Below are positions 48,385 to 57,352 of a stretch of 64,000 nt of DNA, piece by piece (positions within the stretch are counted from its first letter, which is position 1; each line of letters opens with the position of its first letter). Under the pieces are notes generated by a model. That model had not been told where the DNA came from. It saw only the letters and a list, made by a program, of their open reading frames with translations, and did not search any database. The stretch is from Myxococcota bacterium (lineage in GTDB: Bacteria > Myxococcota_A > UBA796 > UBA2385): NCBI GenBank assembly GCA_044344255.1, contig JBIJDH010000002.1:448001-512000 (forward strand), in the 5' to 3' direction. A program made the position numbers and the translations under genes.

Positions 48385-51300
48385 TTGACCCGAATTCACG
48401 CTCTCTTCGATCGGCGCGCCCTGGGCCGCTGCGCCCTCGCCCTCGCGCTGCTCCTGGCAGGGGCGGCGCTGTCCTCGCCGGTCGCCGAGGCGGCCGCCGT
48501 CGACCCCGACCTCACGTGGCGGACGATGGAGACGCCACACTGGCGCATCACCTTCCACGGGGGAGAAGAGGCGCTGGCCGAAGAATTCGCGCGGGTCGGT
48601 GAGGCCATCTGGGAGGAGATGACGACGGAGCTCCAGAACGCGCCCCGTCGGCGCACGGAGCTCGTGCTCATCGACTCCTCGGACAGCGCCAACGGCTTCG
48701 CCATGACGCTGCCGGTCAACACCATTCAGATCTACGTGACGGCGCCGCAGGAAGACTCCACCCTCGCCACCTACGAGGACTGGAACGACGCGATCCTCAC
48801 CCATGAGATGACCCACATCCTCCACCTCGACACCGTGGAGGGCATCCCGCAGCTCCTCCGCTACGTGCTCGGGCGGACGATCTCGGTGAACCGGGTGGCG
48901 CCGGGCTGGGTGATCGAGGGGCAGGCGACCTTCCAGGAGACCCGCAACACCAACGCCGGCCGCGGGCGCTCCACCTACGTGGACATGATCAAGCGGATGA
49001 CCGTGGTGGAGGATGACTTCCCCCCCCTCGGCAACCTCGACGGCTTCCAGCGGGATCCGCCCGGAGGCAACCTCCGCTATCTGTTCGGGCAGGACTTTCA
49101 GCAGTTCATCGCCGATCGAGCGGGGGAGAAGGTCTGGACGGACTTCTTCCACACCTACGGCGGCTTCATCCCCTATTGGCTTCCCGCGAAGCAGACCTTC
49201 GGTGAGGGGATCAACAAGCTCTACTTCGCCTGGCGGGCGGAGATGACCGAGCGCTACACGCGGCAGCTCGAGAAGATCCAGGCCGAGGGCCTCACGCCCT
49301 TTCGGCTCCTCACCGACGGCGAAGACCTCTGCTCAGCCCCCACCTTCAGCCCGAATGGCGCCTCGCTCGTCTGGTCCTGCTCCGACCGGGAGCGCGGCTC
49401 CGCGATCTGGCTGGCAGACGGGCAAGGGCGCTCGCCGAAGCGGGAGCTTGACCAGCGCTTCGCCAACGACTTCACCTGGCGCGGCGACGGCAAGGCCTTC
49501 GCCTTCTCCTCCCTCCACTCGGTGAACCGCTTCAACCTCTACTCGGATGTGTACTTCCACACGCTGGGCGGGGGCATCGAGGCGCTTACCAGCGGAAAGC
49601 GGGCGCGGAATCCAGACTTCTCTGAGGACGGCCGCGAGATGATCGCGGTTACGAACGGCCTCCAGCAGAACCAGCTCGTCCGCCTCACGGTGGACCGCCG
49701 GATCGAGGCCCTCACCGACAATGACGACCACCGGCAGCTCTCCACCCCGGTCTACTCTCCGGATGGGCGCAGGCTCGCCCTGTCGATGTGGAAGGACGGG
49801 TACCGCGATCTGTGGATCTTCGATCTGAACGGAGATCCCACCCGTCGCGTCACGATGGATCTCGCCTCGGACATCGACCCCTCCTGGTCCGCCGACGGGC
49901 GCACGCTCTACTTCTCCTCCGATCGAACCGGCGTCTACAACATCTACGCCATCGACCTCGAGACCGAGCACCTCTTCCAGATCACGAACGTCGTGGGCGG
50001 CGCCTTCCACCCCTCTGTGCGGCCCGACGGCAGCGCGATGGTCTTCGAGTCCTTCTCCAACGACAGCGTCGACGTCGCCTGGATGGACCTCGATCGTGCC
50101 GCCTGGCGAGATCGCGGGGCTCTGCCGCGACCGGTGGAGGGTGGGGAGGCGCTGTCGGCGGTCCTGCCGAAGGAGCCCGTGGTGATCCCGACGCCGCCGA
50201 CGGGCAGCGGCGCGGCGGCGGAGGCCAGCCCGCCGCAGAGTAAGTCCGAGGCGCGGCGGGCGAAGCGGGAGGCGCGGAAGGAGAGGCGAGGGGAGAAGCG
50301 CCGCGATCGGCGCGCCATGGGCGGCCAGGGCGACGTTTACCCCACGCTGACCGAGACGTGGGAGTACCCTGGCCTCACCGGCGTCGGCGGCGCCTTCGAG
50401 CACAGCCGCTACCAGCCAGGGACGTGGGGTTTGCCCGGCGAGCCCCTGGCGCAGGGCGAGCTCAGCGCCGACCAGCCGGGCGGCGGCGCCGACGTCGACG
50501 ATCCCACGATGGTGAAGGAGGTGAAGAAGGAGGAGGACTACGCCTTCACGCACCCGGTCGAGCGCTACAACCCGCTCCCGACCCTGCTCCCCCCTCGATT
50601 CGTGATCCCGTCTCTGTACAAGGCCACCTACGGGTACATGGGCTCCCTGTCTACCTCGGGCTGGGATCCGCTGCGGCGCTGGATCTACGCTGCCTCGGTG
50701 TCCTACCGCACGGACAGCGAGTTCGTGGGCTGGAGCGGCTCGGTGGTGCTCAACCGCTGGGTGCCGATCTTCTCGCTCGGCGCCTACAGCTACACCGTCC
50801 CCTACGGGAACATCTACACCTATGAGGGCCCCCCCCCGGAGGGTGGGGCCTGGGTGCCCTCAATCGTCGATAGCGGAGAGCTCTACTGGGACAAGCGGAC
50901 CCGCCTCTATGGCGAGGCCGCCTACTCCTTGGACTCCTACCGCTCGATCTTCGCCACCTGGAGCGGGACGCTGCGGCAGCCCCTCGAGCCCCTCTCAGCC
51001 CAAGCCTGGCGGCCGTTGCTCCCCGACCGAGGCTTCCTGTCCACGGTGAGCGCCGGCTACCGTTTCTCTCGGGGCCGCTTCTACTCGCGCTCGATCTCCC
51101 CCGAGGAGGCCCGCGTGGTCTCGGTGGTTGGTCAGGCCAGTCACCCCGCGCTCGGCAGCTATGTCCTCGACGACACCGACAGCAAGGTTGGCTTCACCCA
51201 GCTCCGCCTGATGACGGAGTGGCGCGAGTATCAGTCTGTGCCCTGGTTCCCGAACCACGTGTTGGCCCTCAAGGGCGCGGTCGGCGCCTCAGCGGGCGAC

Positions 51301-51738
51301 AATCAGCGATACGGCAACTACCGCCTCGGCGGCAGCTTCGGTGAGAGCTCGTATTACACCCTGCCCGACGAGTGGCGCGCCCTCCGCGGCTTCGAGTCTG
51401 CCACCGTGTACGGAGATTGGTACTACCTCGGCTCTGCCGAGTATCGCCTGCCTTTGTTCTACGTCGACCGCGGCGTCTCGGTGATCCCCTTCTTCCTCCA
51501 GTCCTTCTCCTTCGCCGCCTTCGTCGACGCCGGGAACGCCTTCAACGAGGTGACGGAGACCGGCGTGCTGGCCAACACCCTCGTCGGCGCCGGGGCCGAG
51601 CTCCGGGCCACCGCGGTCTGGCTGTGGGGTGTTCCCCTCTCGGGCCGCCTCGGCTACGCGATGCCGGTGCACGGCGAGGGCGGCGTGAGCCAGGGTTATG
51701 GACACTCGGTCTACCTCTGGTTCGGCAGCAGCTTCTGA
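48385..51738 (+). CDS. Omp85/BamA-superfamily protein with N-terminal zinc metallopeptidase and TolB/PD40 propeller
   Basis: HEMTH and WVIEG; repeated P.(F/W)S.DG; barrel LRGF, AEYRLP, FVDAGN, C-terminal Phe. Confidence 0.8.
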   Translation: MTRIHALFDRRALGRCALALALLLAGAALSSPVAEAAAVDPDLTWRTMETPHWRITFHGGEEALAEEFARVGEAIWEEMTTELQNAPRRRTELVLIDSSDSANGFAMTLPVNTIQIYVTAPQEDSTLATYEDWNDAILTHEMTHILHLDTVEGIPQLLRYVLGRTISVNRVAPGWVIEGQATFQETRNTNAGRGRSTYVDMIKRMTVVEDDFPPLGNLDGFQRDPPGGNLRYLFGQDFQQFIADRAGEKVWTDFFHTYGGFIPYWLPAKQTFGEGINKLYFAWRAEMTERYTRQLEKIQAEGLTPFRLLTDGEDLCSAPTFSPNGASLVWSCSDRERGSAIWLADGQGRSPKRELDQRFANDFTWRGDGKAFAFSSLHSVNRFNLYSDVYFHTLGGGIEALTSGKRARNPDFSEDGREMIAVTNGLQQNQLVRLTVDRRIEALTDNDDHRQLSTPVYSPDGRRLALSMWKDGYRDLWIFDLNGDPTRRVTMDLASDIDPSWSADGRTLYFSSDRTGVYNIYAIDLETEHLFQITNVVGGAFHPSVRPDGSAMVFESFSNDSVDVAWMDLDRAAWRDRGALPRPVEGGEALSAVLPKEPVVIPTPPTGSGAAAEASPPQSKSEARRAKREARKERRGEKRRDRRAMGGQGDVYPTLTETWEYPGLTGVGGAFEHSRYQPGTWGLPGEPLAQGELSADQPGGGADVDDPTMVKEVKKEEDYAFTHPVERYNPLPTLLPPRFVIPSLYKATYGYMGSLSTSGWDPLRRWIYAASVSYRTDSEFVGWSGSVVLNRWVPIFSLGAYSYTVPYGNIYTYEGPPPEGGAWVPSIVDSGELYWDKRTRLYGEAAYSLDSYRSIFATWSGTLRQPLEPLSAQAWRPLLPDRGFLSTVSAGYRFSRGRFYSRSISPEEARVVSVVGQASHPALGSYVLDDTDSKVGFTQLRLMTEWREYQSVPWFPNHVLALKGAVGASAGDNQRYGNYRLGGSFGESSYYTLPDEWRALRGFESATVYGDWYYLGSAEYRLPLFYVDRGVSVIPFFLQSFSFAAFVDAGNAFNEVTETGVLANTLVGAGAELRATAVWLWGVPLSGRLGYAMPVHGEGGVSQGYGHSVYLWFGSSF

Positions 51739-51768
51739 CTCCGGACAATTCCGCGCGGGGCCCTGTCC

Positions 51769-53820
51769 ATGTTCATCCTGCTTCACCTGAGCCTCGCCCT
51801 GGCCCTCGGCGAGGGCGGGCGGGCGGCGCTCCAGGTCGGGGACTGCGCCGCGGCCCTCGCGGACCGAGCCGGCGCCGCCGATGACGCGGAGCGCATCGCC
51901 CTCGCGCGCTGCGAGCTCCGGGCAGGCCAGACGGAGGCCGCCCTCGCCCGCCTCGCCCCTACCCACGGCGGCCCGCTGGGCGCCTACGGTGACCTCGTCG
52001 CCGGCGAGGCCCTCCTCGCCGCGGGTCGCCCCGCCCAGGCCGCGGCCCGCCTCGCGACGGTGACGCTCCCCCGTGAGGCCGGCCAGCGGGTGCAGATGCT
52101 GCGCGGCCGGGCGCTGGTCGAGTCCGGGGACACCGTGGGCGGTCGCGCGGTGCTCGCCGGCACCCTCCAGGGCCCCCTGGCGGAGCCCGCCTTCGTCCCC
52201 ACCGCCAGCGGCGCCGATCCCGCCGAGCTGCGCTGGTGGCTGGCCGAGGCGGCGGTGCGGCGCGGTGAATCGGCGAAGGCGGTCCCGGTCTGGCAGGCGC
52301 TGTGGTCGCGTAACCCCGCCAGCCCCCGAGCCTCGGAGGCCGCGTCCCGCCTGGCCACGGCCGGTCAGCCCGTGCCGGACACACGCTCGGAGGAGGGGCG
52401 GCGGCTGGTGCGGGCGCGCATTAAGTCCTTGGACAAGCTGCGGCGCTACGACGAGTCGCTGCTGCTCCGCGATCAGCTGGGCCGCGACGGTGCGCCCGAG
52501 CCCAAGCGAACCCTCGCCTGGGCCTGCTTCAACGCCAAGGACTACGCGCGCGCCGCCGAGCTCTTTGCCGTCGTCCCGAGCCCCACCCCGGTCGAGCGCT
52601 TCAACCTCGCCCTCGCCACCTCCCGAGCCGGCGACTACGCGGGCGCCGCCGCGCTCTACGTGCGGATCTACACCGAGCTCCCCACCACCCCTCAGGGTGA
52701 CCTCGCGAGCTACAAGGTGGGCTGGCTCGCGTACGACAAGGGGGAGGTGGACCGCGCGTTCGGCCTCTTCCGCGACCACCTCGCCCGCTTCCCCGCCTCC
52801 AAGCACGCCGATGAGGCGCGCTGGTTCATCGGCTGGACCCTCTACCGGCAGGACAAGCTGGCGGAGGCCCGGCTGGCGATGGAGGCCCTGGTGCGCCAGC
52901 ACCCAGGCTCGCCGATGGTGCCGGCCGCGCGCTACTGGATGAGCCGCATCGACGGCCGCCAAGGAGACGCCGCCGCCGAGAAGAAGGGGCTCGAGGCCTT
53001 GAGCCGCGACACCCCCACCTCCTCCTACGCCTGGTTCGCCGCGGGGCGCCTCGGCCGCGTCTGGTCCCCGCCCCGCCCCGCCCCGCCCCTGCCGGACGCG
53101 TCCTCCCCGGGGAGCGCCGCCTTGGAGCGCGGCCGCGCCCTCGCCCGCGCCGGGCTCGACGGCTGGGCCCGCGAGGAGCTGCGTGACGAGAAGCCCACTC
53201 AGAAGGCGGACGTGCTGCGCCTCGGCGAGCTGCTCGTGCTGGCCGGCGACTACACCGGCGCCCAGGCCCTCGGCCGCCCCTGGTGCGGCAGCGCGGCCCG
53301 CCGGGACGGGGATCCCGCCGCCCGGGCCCTCTGCTGGCCCCGCCCCGCCGCCGCCGCCCTCGACGCCCGCACCGCCGAGGCTGGCCTCGATCGCAACCTG
53401 CCCTACGGCATCATGAACGCCGAGAGCGCGCTCAAGCCCGGCGTCACCTCGGGGGTGGGCGCGCGCGGGCTGATGCAGCTCATGCCCGCTGTCGCCGCGC
53501 GCCGCCACGCCGCGATCTACCCGGGGAGCCCCTTCGACGCCGACGCCCTCTACCAGCCGGCCTACAACGCCCTGCTCGGCACCACCGAGCTCATCACGCT
53601 GGCCGAGCACCTCCGCGGTAAGGGCCTCTCGAACCCGCTCCCCGCGGTGATCGCCGCGTACAACGCTGGCCCCGAGCCCGTGGAGCGTTGGCTCTCGGGC
53701 TACGCCTCCGTCCCCGATCCCGACCGCTTCGCCGAGGACATCTCCTTCAACGAGACGCGGCAGTACGTGCGGAACGTGCTCGGCTACCTCCAGACCTGGC
53801 GGCTGGTCTACGGAGACTGA
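51769..53820 (+). CDS. Soluble lytic transglycosylase with TPR repeats
   Basis: IMNAES, GARGLMQLMP, AAYNAG, ETRQYV. Confidence 0.9.
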   Translation: MFILLHLSLALALGEGGRAALQVGDCAAALADRAGAADDAERIALARCELRAGQTEAALARLAPTHGGPLGAYGDLVAGEALLAAGRPAQAAARLATVTLPREAGQRVQMLRGRALVESGDTVGGRAVLAGTLQGPLAEPAFVPTASGADPAELRWWLAEAAVRRGESAKAVPVWQALWSRNPASPRASEAASRLATAGQPVPDTRSEEGRRLVRARIKSLDKLRRYDESLLLRDQLGRDGAPEPKRTLAWACFNAKDYARAAELFAVVPSPTPVERFNLALATSRAGDYAGAAALYVRIYTELPTTPQGDLASYKVGWLAYDKGEVDRAFGLFRDHLARFPASKHADEARWFIGWTLYRQDKLAEARLAMEALVRQHPGSPMVPAARYWMSRIDGRQGDAAAEKKGLEALSRDTPTSSYAWFAAGRLGRVWSPPRPAPPLPDASSPGSAALERGRALARAGLDGWAREELRDEKPTQKADVLRLGELLVLAGDYTGAQALGRPWCGSAARRDGDPAARALCWPRPAAAALDARTAEAGLDRNLPYGIMNAESALKPGVTSGVGARGLMQLMPAVAARRHAAIYPGSPFDADALYQPAYNALLGTTELITLAEHLRGKGLSNPLPAVIAAYNAGPEPVERWLSGYASVPDPDRFAEDISFNETRQYVRNVLGYLQTWRLVYGD

Positions 53821-53919
53821 GCGAACCCAGAGCGTCGCAGCCTTCACCGCGGCGCTCAAGGGCCTCGCTGCCCCGACGATCGGCCTCGGAGGCCAGGGCA
53901 GCCTCCCGTCGGGGGACCT

Positions 53920-54924
53920 TCAGAGGTTGGGGAAGAGGGAGTCGTCGGCGAGGGCCGCATACAGGTCTTGCAGATCCGTCGTCTCGGTCAGGATACCCGG
54001 GTCCATCTTTCCGGGGTCACCGAACTTGATCTTGAACCAAGACTCGTAGGGCTTCGAGCGGGTGAACTGGCCGACGCTCGCGCTGCCGCCCGGAGGATTG
54101 AGCTTACCGTCGGCGCCGTGACAGGTCGCGCAGCTCGCGTCATAGATCGCCACGCCGTTGATCGGGTCACCGTCCTGGCCGATGTTCGTATACGACATCG
54201 ACGGCGAGACGAGGGTGGCCGTCCCATCGCCGTCGTATTCGTAGTGCATCGGTTCGCCGGTGATCGTCAGATCGTACAGGTCGTTCGGGTTTACCCACTC
54301 CTCACGCATGAACTTGATCAGGTCCCACACCTGCTCTTCGGTGAGGTCCTCCGAGAAGTCGGGGTGGCGGCTATCCGGAGAGTTCATGGTTCGACCGTCC
54401 GGTCGATCGATGAGATCGAAGAGCTGGTCGAAGGAGGCCGTGATGACGGTCGAGCGGACGTTGACGCTCGCGACGTCCGGCCGCGAGCTGGTGCCGGTGC
54501 TCACGCCAGTCCGGGTCGCATACGATCCGGCGCTCCCGAGGCCGTCCCAACCGTGGCAGGCCTTACAGCGGGTGAAGTCCGAGGCGACGGTGACCTCATA
54601 GTCCGCGAGCGCGCCGAGCCCGCCGCCCGGCGTGCTGTACCACTGAGAGAACGCGGCTCCACCGATGATGCCGTCTGCGGCTTCATACTCGACCGGGACC
54701 TCGCCCGGCCAGTCTACTCCGTCTTCACCGTCGACACCGTCCACCCCGTTGACTCCGGCGAGACCGTCGGCGCCAGGCGCACCGTCCTCCCCATTGTCTC
54801 CGTTGGTTCCGTTCACACCGTCGATGCCGTCTACTCCCTTCGACCCGGCGGGGCCTTCGGCGCCAGCGCAGGCGGCGACCGTCGCGAGGAGGAGGCTGAG
54901 TGAAAATCTTCTGTGGGCGGACAT
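53920..54924 (-). CDS. Diheme c-type cytochrome lipoprotein with collagen-like stalk
   Basis: AAGGAG RBS; lipobox VAAC; 17 G-X-Y triplets; CKACH and CATCH. Confidence 0.85.
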   Translation of the reverse strand: MSAHRRFSLSLLLATVAACAGAEGPAGSKGVDGIDGVNGTNGDNGEDGAPGADGLAGVNGVDGVDGEDGVDWPGEVPVEYEAADGIIGGAAFSQWYSTPGGGLGALADYEVTVASDFTRCKACHGWDGLGSAGSYATRTGVSTGTSSRPDVASVNVRSTVITASFDQLFDLIDRPDGRTMNSPDSRHPDFSEDLTEEQVWDLIKFMREEWVNPNDLYDLTITGEPMHYEYDGDGTATLVSPSMSYTNIGQDGDPINGVAIYDASCATCHGADGKLNPPGGSASVGQFTRSKPYESWFKIKFGDPGKMDPGILTETTDLQDLYAALADDSLFPNL

Positions 54925-55030
54925 GTCTTCTCTCCTTCGAACACCGGCGTCTTCGCCGTGACCGCGATCGGGGGAGCCCGGCCGCGACCATCGAGGGGGT
55001 GGGCATCGCCCTCCCTCGGCGTCGAGCAAC

Positions 55031-55046
55031 AGCACGGGGCGTGCCA
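55031..55046 (-). promoter_or_regulatory. Sigma54-type promoter TGGCACG-CCCC-GTGCT
   Basis: One mismatch to TGGCACG-N4-TTGCW; GG-N10-GC spacing intact; about 107 nt upstream of the cytochrome start. Confidence 0.6.
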
Positions 55047-55281
55047 GTTCAAGGTCCCGTCAACCTTCGCAGGCGGTAACGCTGCCGCTGTCTGCCGAAG
55101 TCCGAGCTACACGCCGCGGGGCCGGCGAGAGGACCGCGCCGCCCCCTGCTTCCAGGCGCGCTTGCTGTGTGCCCAAGCCCGTGCACGTGGGGCATTTGAC
55201 CCAGGGGCGGCGATCTCGACCATCGCTCGACCCCGGGGGACCTCCAGCGGATGGAGCGAGCGAGACGCGCTAAGGGGCCGG

Positions 55282-56439
55282 ATGGCACGCAAGGACATCC
55301 GCTTTCAGCTCCTCGGCACCGACCCCTCGGGGGCCCGCCGCAGCCGCTTTCAAACTGAACATGGGGCGCCAGTCGAGTGCCCCACCTTCATGCCGGTGGG
55401 CACGCAGGGGGCGGTGAAGGCCGCCACGCCCTTGCAGGTGAAGGAGACGGGCGCCCAGGTGGTGCTCGCCAACACCTTCCACCTCGGCTGGGATGACCGC
55501 CCGGAGCGGGTCAAACGAATGGGCGGCCTGCACCGCTTCATGGGCTGGGATCAGACCATCCTCACCGACTCCGGCGGCTTCCAGGTCTTCAGCATCCCCG
55601 ACAAGGTGGTGGACGAAGACGGCGTCACCTTCCACTACGCGAAGGCGAAAGACCCGAAGATGCGCCTCACGCCCGAGCGCTCGATGGAGATCCAGCGCGA
55701 TCTCGGCGCCGACATCGTGATGGCCTTCGATGAGTGTGTGGAGTTCCCCGCCACCGAGAAGCGGGTCGCCAGCTCGCTCGCCCGCACCACCCGCTGGGCG
55801 AAGCGCTGCCTCGACGTGCCCTTGGCCAGCCACCAGTTCCTCTTTGGCATCGTCCAGGGCGGCGTCTACCCCGAGCTCCGCGAGCAGGCGGCCACCGAGC
55901 TCCGCGAGCTGCCCTTCGATGGCTTCGCGGTGGGCGGCGTCAGCGTGGGTGAGGGCCTCGACCTCTTGAAGCGGGTGGTGAGCTTCACCACCCCCCACAT
56001 GCCGGCCAAGATGCCGCGCTACCTGATGGGGGTGGGCCTGCCCATCGACATCCTCGAGGCGGTGGAGCGCGGCATCGACATGTTCGACTGCGTGATCCCC
56101 ACCCGCTACGCCCGCGGGGGCACTCTGTTCACGCGCATCGGCCGGATGCGGATCGGGGACAAGCGGTATCGAAAGGACAAGTTCCCGATTGACACGAGCT
56201 GTGATTGTTACACCTGCCAGAATTTCAGCCGGCTCGTGCTGCGGCACCTCTATTACGCGCAAGAGCAGCTCTACAACACCCTCGCCACCATCCACAATCT
56301 CCGGCACTATCAGGTGCTGATGGCCGACATCCGCACCGCCATCGAGGAGCGCCGCTACGCGGCCTTCAAGAAGGAGTGGATCTCCCGCTTCAAGGGGGAT
56401 GACCAGGGCGATGCGCCGCGGGGCTCGGAGGTCGAGTGA
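55282..56439 (+). CDS. tgt: tRNA-guanine transglycosylase (queuine tRNA-ribosyltransferase)
   Basis: PTFMPVGT, NTFHL, TDSGGFQ, FDEC, GIVQGG, PRYLMGVG, DMFDCV.PTR, CDCYTC..HN. Confidence 0.95.
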   Translation: MARKDIRFQLLGTDPSGARRSRFQTEHGAPVECPTFMPVGTQGAVKAATPLQVKETGAQVVLANTFHLGWDDRPERVKRMGGLHRFMGWDQTILTDSGGFQVFSIPDKVVDEDGVTFHYAKAKDPKMRLTPERSMEIQRDLGADIVMAFDECVEFPATEKRVASSLARTTRWAKRCLDVPLASHQFLFGIVQGGVYPELREQAATELRELPFDGFAVGGVSVGEGLDLLKRVVSFTTPHMPAKMPRYLMGVGLPIDILEAVERGIDMFDCVIPTRYARGGTLFTRIGRMRIGDKRYRKDKFPIDTSCDCYTCQNFSRLVLRHLYYAQEQLYNTLATIHNLRHYQVLMADIRTAIEERRYAAFKKEWISRFKGDDQGDAPRGSEVE

Positions 56440-57299
56440 GCGCCGCCGCGGCTGCCGCCGACGCCGAAGGGTACCGCCTCCTCGACAGCGGGGGAGGGCG
56501 CCGCCTGGAGCAGGTCGGCCCCTACCGCCTCGATCGACAGGCCGCGGGCGCCTGGTGGAGGCCCCGCCTCCCGGCCGAGGCTTGGGCCGCCGCCGACGCC
56601 ATCCACCACCGCAGCGACGCGGGGGGAGGGGAGTGGGAGCTGCGCCGACCGCTCCCCGAGAGCTGGGCGATCGAGCACGGCGGCGTCCGGATGCGCGTCA
56701 AGCTCACGCCCTTCGGCCACCTCGGGCTCTTCGCGGAGCATGTCGCGCAGTGGGCCTGGATGCAGGGGCGCCTGCGTGAGGCCGGGGGCAGCCCACGGGT
56801 GCTCAACCTCTTCGCGTACACGGGCGGCGCCAGCGTCGCGGCCGCCCAGGCGGGGGCGCGGGTGAGCCACGTTGACGCCGCCAAGGGCATCGTCGACTGG
56901 GCCCGCGAGAACGCGCAGCGGAACGGCGTAGACACCGTGCAGTGGGTGGTCGAAGACGCCGCCCTCTTCGTGCAGCGCGAGCACAAACGGGGCCGGCAGT
57001 ATGAGGGCATCATCCTCGATCCGCCCACCTTCGGGCGTGGCGCCAAGCGGGAGCTCTGGAAGATCGAGGAGCAGCTCCCGCCGCTGCTGGCCGAGCTCTC
57101 GCGGATCCTCAGCCCGGACGCCGCCTTCTTCCTGCTCTCCTGTCACACGCCCGGCTTCACGCCCCTGGCCCTCCGCAACCTGCTCGGCGACGCCCTCGGC
57201 GGCCGGAGCGGCCGCATCGAGGAGGGGGAGATGTTCATCCCCGAGGCCGAAGGGCGGGCCCTCCCCTCCGGGGCCTGGTCGCGCTGGTCGCCGCGCTGA
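56436..57299 (+). CDS. Class I SAM-dependent methyltransferase, RlmI/RlmK-like
   Basis: YRLLDSG, HLGLFAE, VLNLFAYTG, ILDPPTFG; GTGA overlap with tgt. Confidence 0.85.
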   Translation: MSAAAAAADAEGYRLLDSGGGRRLEQVGPYRLDRQAAGAWWRPRLPAEAWAAADAIHHRSDAGGGEWELRRPLPESWAIEHGGVRMRVKLTPFGHLGLFAEHVAQWAWMQGRLREAGGSPRVLNLFAYTGGASVAAAQAGARVSHVDAAKGIVDWARENAQRNGVDTVQWVVEDAALFVQREHKRGRQYEGIILDPPTFGRGAKRELWKIEEQLPPLLAELSRILSPDAAFFLLSCHTPGFTPLALRNLLGDALGGRSGRIEEGEMFIPEAEGRALPSGAWSRWSPR

Positions 57300-57330
57300 G
57301 CCCTGAGCCCTGAGCCCTGAGCCCTGAGCC
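57296..57330. repeat. Heptamer tandem array CTGAGCC x5
   Basis: First unit contains the methyltransferase stop; followed by a degenerate tgtgccc. Confidence 0.9.
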
Positions 57331-57352
57331 TGTGCCCTGCGCCGCGGTCGCC

